Source: Candidatus Thorarchaeota archaeon
GTDB lineage: Archaea > Asgardarchaeota > Thorarchaeia > Thorarchaeales > Thorarchaeaceae
DNA: 64,000 bases
Direction of reading: 5' to 3'
Assembly: GCA_048884785.1 (NCBI GenBank)
Contig: JBHLQM010000003.1
Location: 66,887-130,886 of the forward strand
Shown here piece after piece: positions 56,646 through 64,000 of the stretch. Every line of letters starts with the position of its first letter. Within the stretch, counting starts at the first letter, position 1. The translations under genes were made by a program, and so were the position numbers. The notes under the pieces are model-generated. The model ran no database searches and was not told the origin of the DNA. It saw only the letters and a list, made by a program, of their open reading frames with translations.

Positions 56646-57596
56646 TTGGAGCGAGTTCCTGAGAAGGTGGAATCGAGCCGGTCTCAAGTAATTCTTCTCC
56701 TTCTACTTTCTGTTTCCATGGTATCATCTGCTAGCATTCTGATAAGGTTCAGTCAGTCTGACCCATTGGTAATCGTGTTTTGGAGAACTCTCTATGGAGC
56801 CATTGTCATGGCTTCTCTTGGTGTGGTTCGAAAGGATGGACATGCGCTTAAGGGTCCAATAATGAAGAGGAACTGGCCATGGATTATTGCTGTTGGTGTG
56901 GTCCTTGCCTTTCATTTCTCAACTTGGTTCAGTTCTTTGTTCATGACAACAGTAGCTGCCAGTGTCGTGCTAGTAAATACATCACCGATTTTCACTGCAA
57001 TTCTATCAACTGTGTTTCTTGGAGAAGCACTACGACGGCGCTCGTGGCTGGGAGTGTTGGTTGCGGTTTCCGGAGCTATCGTTTTGGCATGGAGCGATTT
57101 TGAATCCGCGGGAACAGGAGCTGTCATGGGTGACATGTTGGCTTTGATAAGCGGATTTCTTCTGGCAGTCTATTTCATCGGAGGAAGGCGATATGCTAAA
57201 GGTCTCCCCATTTCTATCTATACCTCTGTTGTTTACCTAACGGCTGCGTTGGTGACATTGGCTCAGTGTTTGATTTTGGGAATTGATGTCATTGTTCTTG
57301 AACCTACAGAGATACTCATATTCATCGCCCTAGCCATATTTCCAACCGCCTTGGGACATTCTGTAAACAATTACCTTCTTACCCTTGTTCCTGCCTATGT
57401 TGTTTCATCCGCGGTTCTTGGAGAGCCAATAGGAGCTACGATTCTTGCTGTGATATTTCTTGGTGAGATTCCCAGCCCGTTCACTCTTATTGGGTTTGCA
57501 GTCATTTTAATTGGAATCTCTCTTGTTTTGGCAGATATTGCCGCCGCGCAACGTAAACGAGATACATTAACCCTTAATGACACCGAGGGGTCGTAG
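56646..57596 (+). CDS. DMT/EamA transporter
   Basis: 10 TM in two EamA halves; EPIGA. Confidence 0.9.
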   Translation: MERVPEKVESSRSQVILLLLLSVSMVSSASILIRFSQSDPLVIVFWRTLYGAIVMASLGVVRKDGHALKGPIMKRNWPWIIAVGVVLAFHFSTWFSSLFMTTVAASVVLVNTSPIFTAILSTVFLGEALRRRSWLGVLVAVSGAIVLAWSDFESAGTGAVMGDMLALISGFLLAVYFIGGRRYAKGLPISIYTSVVYLTAALVTLAQCLILGIDVIVLEPTEILIFIALAIFPTALGHSVNNYLLTLVPAYVVSSAVLGEPIGATILAVIFLGEIPSPFTLIGFAVILIGISLVLADIAAAQRKRDTLTLNDTEGS

Positions 57597-59012
57597 TCGC
57601 ACGGCTTTTGTGGCAATGCCGAGTTCATCCGATACGCGTACGACCTCATCAACATCCTTGTATGCTCCGGGGGCTTCCTCTGCAATTACAAGCCCTGAAG
57701 TAGCCTTAACCAGAATTCCCTCTCCTGCAAGAGCGGACTGCACTTCCTTTCCAAAGTAAACCTTCTTTGCCTTAGATCTGCTCATGAAACGTCCTGCTCC
57801 ATGCGCTGTGGAGCCAAATGAGAGGCTCATTGATTTTTGATTGCCTATCAAGATGTATGATGCGGTTCCCATCGTACCCGGGATAATAACTGGCTGGCCG
57901 ACGTTTTTGTATTCAGCCGGTGTTTCAGGGTGCCCAGCAGGAAATGCTCTTGTAGCTCCCTTCCGGTGAACAACAACCTTTCTTCTTTTGCCTTCAATAT
58001 CATGCTCTTCGACTTTTCCCATGTTGTGGGCAACATCGTAAATTAGATGCATATCCAAATCCTCTGGAGAGCCACCTATAACTTTGGAAAATGCCTCCCT
58101 GGTCCAATGCATCATTGATTGTCTGTTCGCAAATGCGTAATTCGCCGCAGCACTCATCGCCCCAAGATATGCCTGACCTTCTGGAGATGTTGTAGGGGCA
58201 CTACACAATTCTCTATCGGGGAGATCGAGATTGTATTTTCTCATTGCACTTGTCATGATCTTGATATAATCCCCACAGACTTGATGTCCGAGCCCACGAG
58301 ACCCGCTGTGAATCATGACCATTACCTGTCCTTCTCTTGTTATGCCCATTGCTTTTGCAGCTTCATTATCGTAGATTTGATCCACTATCTGTATCTCTAG
58401 GAAATGATTTCCTGAGCCCAGCGTTCCAACCTGCGAGAAGCCTCTTTTCTTTGCCTCTGTAGAAACCTTGCTTGGATCTGCAAGTTCGATTCGGCCATTT
58501 GCCTCTTGATGGTCTAGGTCTTCCTCCCATCCATAGCCATTTTCAACTGCCCACTTTGCTCCTCCTTCCAAGACCTCATCTACACCACGACTGCCTGAGA
58601 AACTAATTTTGCCTTGCTTTCCTACACCAGTTGGAACAGTATCCCAGAGCTGGTTGATTAGATCCTTCATCTTATCCTTGACGTCGGTATAATCGAGATT
58701 AGTGCGAACGGCGCGGACACCACAGTTGATATCATATCCTACGCCTCCAGGAGAAATCACACCAGATTCATAGTCAGTTGCAGCCACGCCTCCAATTGGA
58801 AATCCATAACCCTGATGTCCGTCTGGTAGAACAATGCTGTGAGTATATATCCCCGGAAGACTTGCAGTATTAGCGGCCTGCTCGAATGTTTTGTCTTGTC
58901 GCATCTTTTCTACAAGATTCTCGGATGCGTAGATTCTTGCAGGGACTTTCATCCAAGGGTGAGTCCCTTTTGGAATTTCAAAAATATTGTCAGCAATCTT
59001 GCGAATCTGCAT
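57567..59012 (-). CDS. rtcB: RNA-splicing ligase RtcB
   Basis: PDGHQGYGFPIG, DINCG, GSGNHF, HSGSRG, HRKGATRA, STAHGAGR. Confidence 0.96.
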   Translation of the reverse strand: MQIRKIADNIFEIPKGTHPWMKVPARIYASENLVEKMRQDKTFEQAANTASLPGIYTHSIVLPDGHQGYGFPIGGVAATDYESGVISPGGVGYDINCGVRAVRTNLDYTDVKDKMKDLINQLWDTVPTGVGKQGKISFSGSRGVDEVLEGGAKWAVENGYGWEEDLDHQEANGRIELADPSKVSTEAKKRGFSQVGTLGSGNHFLEIQIVDQIYDNEAAKAMGITREGQVMVMIHSGSRGLGHQVCGDYIKIMTSAMRKYNLDLPDRELCSAPTTSPEGQAYLGAMSAAANYAFANRQSMMHWTREAFSKVIGGSPEDLDMHLIYDVAHNMGKVEEHDIEGKRRKVVVHRKGATRAFPAGHPETPAEYKNVGQPVIIPGTMGTASYILIGNQKSMSLSFGSTAHGAGRFMSRSKAKKVYFGKEVQSALAGEGILVKATSGLVIAEEAPGAYKDVDEVVRVSDELGIATKAVRLRPLGVIKG

Positions 59013-59167
59013 TCTTATACACCTTCAATGGGCAGCATTTAGGCAATCCACCTAGATGTGCTATAAGCGTTGTGAAGTGTCATTTTACGTGAGTGTTAAA
59101 TAGCACCTGTTAGCTCTACGTGTCTGGGGTTATTCAACCTACAGCAAAAGGAGGTCTGATGCAATAA

Positions 59168-60202
59168 GTGACCAATGTGCGTCTTACTGCAATGGTTGAT
59201 ACTCACGGCTGAAGTTGCAAGGTCAAACAGGCTGATTTGACACGGCTACTACAGAAGGCGGGATTGCTTCCTGAAAACGCACAATGCTATGACCTTGTGG
59301 GAGAGGATGCTGTTGTTCGTGTCTTGAATGCAAACACAGCAATTGTTGAGAATGTGGACGTCTTTACGCCTATCCACGACGACCCCTTTGTTCAAGGAGA
59401 GATTGTGGCGTGCAATGCAACAAATGATGTCTTTGCAATGGGTGTTACAGATGTTGTTTCTCTTCAGGCATTTCTTGCATATCCTCCTGATCTACCAGAG
59501 GCAATACCTGTTGGTGTGTTGCGAGGCATGAGTGAATTCATGAAGCGCCTTGGTGCAATGCTGACTGGAGGACAAACAATCAAGAATCCAGTTCCTGTCT
59601 TTGGCGGAATCTGTATGGGCGTGATCCATCCAAGTAAGGTAGTCTATTCGCGAGGTGCCAAGGATGGTGATGCTGTTTTGCTGACAAAACCTCTCGGCAT
59701 CCAGCCTGCAATGAGGTCGTATCGTGATCTCCAGGATGAGAAACGAAACGTGCTTCTTCAGTCATTCGAGGAAGCCTCGCTCAAACATATCCAGGACATC
59801 GCTGTCAGGATAATGACTAAAAGCAATCTGGAAGTGGCTCAAGCCATGCAGGAGGTGTCCGTTCATGCGGCCACTGATGTCACAGGGTTTGGCATTCTTG
59901 GGCATGCTGGAAATGTTGCTTCGCTCAGCTGTCTTGATGTCATAATTGATTCAGTGCCTGTGATCCGAGGAACTCTCCGCCTTTCGGAATTCTTTGGTCA
60001 TAAGTTGGCTCTCGGAGCTGGAGCCGAAACGGCTGGAGGGATGCTTGTCTTCCTTGAATCCAATAAGTCACATGAATTCATTGAATTCCTCCGTGAAAGA
60101 GGGCTTCCCTGTTGGCCTATTGGGTATGTGAAAAAAGCCGTGGGAGAACCTTCTGCCGCTTTTGCAGAAGATATTCAGTTCATTGAGACCGAGTTCCCAT
60201 GA
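59168..60202 (+). CDS. selD: Selenophosphate synthetase, selenocysteine-containing (UGA at 59210-59212)
   Basis: GTG 59168: MTNVRLTAMVDTHG-U-SCKVKQADL in frame with GEDA, VDVFTP, NDVFAMG, GGQT, LTKPLG, TDVTGFG, ETAGG. Confidence 0.92.
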
Positions 60203-60264
60203 AGATGTTCGTAAACCGTATGAGGGTCGATGTCTGAGGATTGCCGTCGCAAGCGGCTGGTCTC
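60185..60264 (+). promoter_or_regulatory. Eukaryote-type (form II-like) SECIS element overlapping the selD stop codon
   Basis: ATGA (60199-202)...TGAG (60235-38) core; GATGTTCG/CGATGTC stem; unpaired AAA; CC/GG mini-stem; basal GAGACC/GGTCTC. Confidence 0.75.
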
Positions 60265-60270
60265 GTTCTT

Positions 60271-60440
60271 CTACTTCTCGTCTAGCCGGCGATTCAGTTT
60301 CTCAAACAAGTCACTTATCCCCTCTAGTGACTTAACATCAAATTCAGAATCGATGAATTCCGAAGTTCCGGAATCTCCTCAGGTTTTGTGTCATTGAATA
60401 ACCAGAATTCCTCATACTCCACCTGTTTGGGATCACCCAT
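60271..60440 (-). pseudogene. Small (~56 aa) acidic protein split by a 1-nt deletion, or a sequencing error
   Basis: MGDPKQVEYEEFWLFNDTKPEEIPEL then frame change to EFIDSEFDVKSLEGISDLFEKLNRRLDEK*; 170 nt = 57 codons minus 1. Confidence 0.4.
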
Positions 60441-60702
60441 CAATCGATTAACTCCAATGTGATATTCAGATAATAATACGCTAATTGTCGATATTATGAT
60501 TCCTATTCATATCGTCAGATGACCTACTGTTTCTCCAGATACGTTATTACAATAATTCGAAGATATATAACAAAGGGGGTAGAGTACGGCAAACCATTTA
60601 ACGACACATAGATACCACAAGTTTAGTGCTTTGACAGCACAGGACGTGCTAGTCAATCAAAGTGGTGTAAACCACGAAAATAAGGAAAACTCCTGAGAGG
60701 CT

Positions 60703-61413
60703 ATGGTTCGCATGAAGATTGTTGTGACAGGTCCTTATGAGTCTGGAAAAAGTCTGTTGATTCATCACTTAACAAATGGTGCATGTATCAATGTAGAGAG
60801 ACGTGGAACTACAATAGCAATGGATCATGGGCTTACAAACATCGACGGAATGAACGTGTTTCTCTTTGGTACGCCTGGTCTGCTGCGATTCAGGACAATG
60901 CGCAAGATTCTAAGTTCTGGTGCGGATGGTATTGTTTTTGTTGTAGACTCGAAAGATCCGGAGTCTGATGCTCGGGCAAAATTATTCTTCCGTGAAATCG
61001 CATTCTTTCTTCCAGGAGTTCCCTGTGTTGTTGCTGCAAATAAACAGGATCTTCCCGAAGCTAGACCTGTTGATCAATTAAGAGATAGTTTGCGTTTTCT
61101 CGCCGGCCTTCCGGTGATTCCAGTATCTGCAAAGACTGGGAAAAATGTCGATAGCATGTTGCGAACATTGCTTTATCTGTCAATGATGCAATGGAGCTCG
61201 GTCTTCGGGAAATTTGCGGAATACAGCGGAGCATCAGATGGTCTTTCAAAACTTATGGAAGACCTGAAGGTTCAGAGAGACCAGGCTGTGGGTTATCTTC
61301 GTCGTTTTGAACTCAGAAAACTGTTGACTGTTCAAATTGGCGACGAAGTCTTTAATATCAACGATTCAGTTCGTCCACTTCTTGAGAATCCTGTACTTGT
61401 TATGCGCCGCTAG
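60703..61413 (+). CDS. MglA/CvnD-like small GTPase with C-terminal HTH-like extension
   Basis: GPYESGKS, TTIAMD.G, LFGTPGLLRF, NKQD, SAK. Confidence 0.88.
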   Translation: MVRMKIVVTGPYESGKSLLIHHLTNGACINVERRGTTIAMDHGLTNIDGMNVFLFGTPGLLRFRTMRKILSSGADGIVFVVDSKDPESDARAKLFFREIAFFLPGVPCVVAANKQDLPEARPVDQLRDSLRFLAGLPVIPVSAKTGKNVDSMLRTLLYLSMMQWSSVFGKFAEYSGASDGLSKLMEDLKVQRDQAVGYLRRFELRKLLTVQIGDEVFNINDSVRPLLENPVLVMRR

Positions 61414-61477
61414 TACAAGCAGAAAGAAACAAAAGCACTACAATTCCTTCCCTTTTGTGCCAATAGAGGTGTGAGCC

Positions 61478-62350
61478 TTGAGTGATGATGAAACCTCAAT
61501 TGAAGATATGGATCCTGCTGAGCTATTAGAACAGGCGGAAGCTGCAGAACAATCTGGCGAAAAGGAAGTTGCTGCAAAGATATACAACGCAGCTGGTAAC
61601 ATCTACATGTCTGTAGCTGAATACGAAGAGGCTCATCCATGTTTTGAGAAGTCTTTAGGTCTGTATAAGGAGCTGAAAGATGAAACCGGCGTTAGCGATA
61701 CAATGTATAACCTAGGTGTAGCTCAGATTAACCTAGAAAAATGGGACGAAGCAGTTGCTACATGTACTACTGCTGTAGACTTGTTTAGAAAGATGAATAA
61801 TGCTGATGGAGAAGCGGATGCAGTCTATGGTCTAGCTCTCGCAACTTTAGGCCAGGGCGGATTCGATCAGGCACTTGAGCTTTTCAAAGAAGCCCAAAAG
61901 GCATACAAAAAGGCTGAGAATGAGCAAGGCGTTGCTAGCACTATTATGGACATGGGAAGTGCATACGCCGATCACGAAGATTGGGAGAATGCTGAAAAGA
62001 CCTTCAGAAAGGCCCTTGCAGTCTACCAAGAGATTGATGATAAGGCAGGGATTGCGGATGCCCTATCACTTCTTGGCGATATTGCTGAAATGAAGAATAA
62101 TCAAAAGAAGGCAGCGGAGCATTTTGTTGATGCAGCTCAATGCTACCTCGAGGCTGAAATCTATGATATTGCCAGAGAGGTATTGGACCGGGCAGAGCAA
62201 AAGATGTGGGACATTCCCAAGGCAACCAGAAGGCGACTCAGGCGTGTCATAGATGATGTGAGAGATGCGCTACCGGAAGAAGTCGAATCTGATGACGATG
62301 ATGAAGATATAGATGAGGATTTGCTTGAATTCACAGATTTCGACGAGTAA
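61478..62350 (+). CDS. TPR protein with acidic termini
   Basis: About five 40-aa TPRs (G.A....NLG...A...F.KAL..Y). Confidence 0.9.
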   Translation: MSDDETSIEDMDPAELLEQAEAAEQSGEKEVAAKIYNAAGNIYMSVAEYEEAHPCFEKSLGLYKELKDETGVSDTMYNLGVAQINLEKWDEAVATCTTAVDLFRKMNNADGEADAVYGLALATLGQGGFDQALELFKEAQKAYKKAENEQGVASTIMDMGSAYADHEDWENAEKTFRKALAVYQEIDDKAGIADALSLLGDIAEMKNNQKKAAEHFVDAAQCYLEAEIYDIAREVLDRAEQKMWDIPKATRRRLRRVIDDVRDALPEEVESDDDDEDIDEDLLEFTDFDE

Positions 62351-62434
62351 TCAGAGCATACTATTGGCATGCGGGAAAACCCTATTTGGAAATCTTATCT
62401 TCCTGAGGATTAGTTGATATAGGAGTGTCCATGC

Positions 62435-64000
62435 TTGAATGAGAAACGCGCGCCTGCAATTTCCCTCGTCACTGTGTTTATGCTAGTCTTATCTTTCTTT
62501 TTTCCCCTTGGAATGCAGTTCACTATCTCAAATGTGACTGATTCAGAAATTCAACTTAGAAGTACTCGGCAAATCAGTGATGTTCCTGATGATGCAATAC
62601 CTCTAAGTCGCGCAGTATTTGTAGGGTATGATCCTGATTCCTATATCGACGACTTTGCCTATATGGCAGCTGTGCCCTCATCAATATTCTACTATGGGGG
62701 AAACAAGTATGTATCTCCTCTTCTGTACACAGGAGGCACATCTACAGAACAGTGGCTAATCGAGGACTGGAATGAATATCTTGCCGCTGATGGAGGCGTT
62801 TCTCAGGTTTTTTCCATTGGTGATGTTGACAAAGCACAGATTATGATGATACAAGAAACTCTAGGAGCTAGAGTGTACCCTCAAATAACTGGCACATCCG
62901 CTGCAGAGCTTGCCGCGAAAATTGCTATCAACGATTGGAAATCCTCTGATACAGTTGTTCTGGCACTCGCAAAAGATGATTTTGCAGAACCTACCATCAG
63001 CACAGGGCAGTTCTCCCACACATTTAGCAGCCCTTCTGTGCAACTCCTTGACACTTCAACAACGATAAGTACCACGCTTCCAAAGGAATTCGAGTTCACT
63101 CCCCCATCAGGTACTGGATGGATAGAAGGGGCATTGAATTGGACTGGAAGTGAGATATTCACTCATGTCCTGAAAGACCCGCTAGGTCGCTCAGTGGACT
63201 ATTCTATCTATTCCCAAGTGGTTTTTGAACGGAATCCTGCACTGGGTTATGTCAGCTCGCCTCTCCCTCTGTATTTCTGGTTGCCAATGAGTTTGGCAGG
63301 TGACTGGAACGTCACCATGAATCCTCAGAATCAAATAAATCGAGATATTGTCATAAATGTGAATGTGAAGTATCACCCCGGCTTCTCTGAAACTATCTCT
63401 GTCCCTCAAGGAGCGAAATGGCTTAATGTAACAGCAACCTGGGATAATGCAGGTACGAATGTACACATGGCTTTGATTGATCCTACAGGCAAAATGGTGA
63501 TGTGGGCGCCTGCTGAGAGTCTACTTGGCGGCGCAGGCAGCAAATTCATGAACATGCCATATCCAATGACAGGTGATTGGACATTCATTGCATCATGGGT
63601 TGATGCTGTTGAGGAGAATAACAATGTTCAGGTCTCTTGGGCAATTGAATCTCTTCCCTCGGATTTGCAGCCATATTTAGAATCTGCGGCAAATGGTGCT
63701 GTTTTGGCTTCATTACTAAATGCTCCACTTCTCTATGTCGATTCTGGGTCAATTCCTGATCCAACAAGGTGGGCTATCAATAGGCTTGGAGCATCATCTG
63801 CAATTCTAGTAGATCCGACTAGCTTTCATTCATCGTCTCTCATTTCGGAGATTACTGATATCATGCTTCTGAGCAATATTAGCACATATCCTATGCTGGC
63901 CGATTGGATCCAATCGCTGTCAGGAGAAATGGATGTAGTTCTGACGGTACCTTTAGGAACTGGTGATGAGCTCTTTGCTCCCTCTGCCTATTCTGCTGCT
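62435..64000 (+). CDS. Large exported surface protein with cell-wall-binding-repeat-2-like segments (partial, runs off window)
   Basis: TTG 62435 after AGGAG; signal peptide; I read no stop before 64000; SAANGAVLASLLNAPLLYVDSGSIP motif; missing from the ORF track because it lacks a stop. Confidence 0.8.
   Translation, partial: MNEKRAPAISLVTVFMLVLSFFFPLGMQFTISNVTDSEIQLRSTRQISDVPDDAIPLSRAVFVGYDPDSYIDDFAYMAAVPSSIFYYGGNKYVSPLLYTGGTSTEQWLIEDWNEYLAADGGVSQVFSIGDVDKAQIMMIQETLGARVYPQITGTSAAELAAKIAINDWKSSDTVVLALAKDDFAEPTISTGQFSHTFSSPSVQLLDTSTTISTTLPKEFEFTPPSGTGWIEGALNWTGSEIFTHVLKDPLGRSVDYSIYSQVVFERNPALGYVSSPLPLYFWLPMSLAGDWNVTMNPQNQINRDIVINVNVKYHPGFSETISVPQGAKWLNVTATWDNAGTNVHMALIDPTGKMVMWAPAESLLGGAGSKFMNMPYPMTGDWTFIASWVDAVEENNNVQVSWAIESLPSDLQPYLESAANGAVLASLLNAPLLYVDSGSIPDPTRWAINRLGASSAILVDPTSFHSSSLISEITDIMLLSNISTYPMLADWIQSLSGEMDVVLTVPLGTGDELFAPSAYSAA

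Noticed and set aside
60370-60440. Multi-Sec peptide (several in-frame TGA, U-x3-U) on the minus strand near selD
   Set aside because: The TGAs arise from T+GAN codon junctions of the neighbouring real frame; no start codon or SECIS for that frame
1-64000. CRISPR array, transposase, integrase or prophage genes
   Set aside because: No spaced direct-repeat array or mobile-element protein motif seen; no duplicated tRNA 3' end noticed
1-64000. The many 60-160 aa ORFs overlapping assigned genes in the ORF track
   Set aside because: Antisense or alternate-frame shadows with no motifs and no SD support

Overview
Gene-dense archaeal chromosomal window with no CRISPR array, transposase or prophage. 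It is very likely from an Asgard archaeon, best fit Thorarchaeota. Supporting evidence: eL13, eS26, eIF5A, Nob1, class I LysRS, class I CCA enzyme, and many eukaryotic-signature-like proteins (Rab-like, Arf-like and MglA-like small GTPases; Roadblock and longin-like domains; Bet3/TRAPP-V4R proteins; SNAP-like TPR proteins; a PCI-domain protein). About 70 CDS and one tRNA-Leu(CAG) are supported. Signals the ORF track does not explain: (1) selD is a selenoprotein with an in-frame UGA at the catalytic Cys position, and a eukaryote-type SECIS is built on its own stop codon. (2) A duplicated Roadblock-2xWH plus Bet3/V4R cassette flanks two related membrane proteins; this is a candidate proto-TRAPP-like module. 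(3) Two long, highly base-paired intergenic elements match no RNA family I can recognise: ~50200-50456, next to a putative B12 ECF uptake operon, and ~53213-53574, upstream of a longin-GTPase. (4) A CbiM-N-Q triple fusion sits under a NikR-type operator. All family assignments are by-eye motif recognition; no database search was run.
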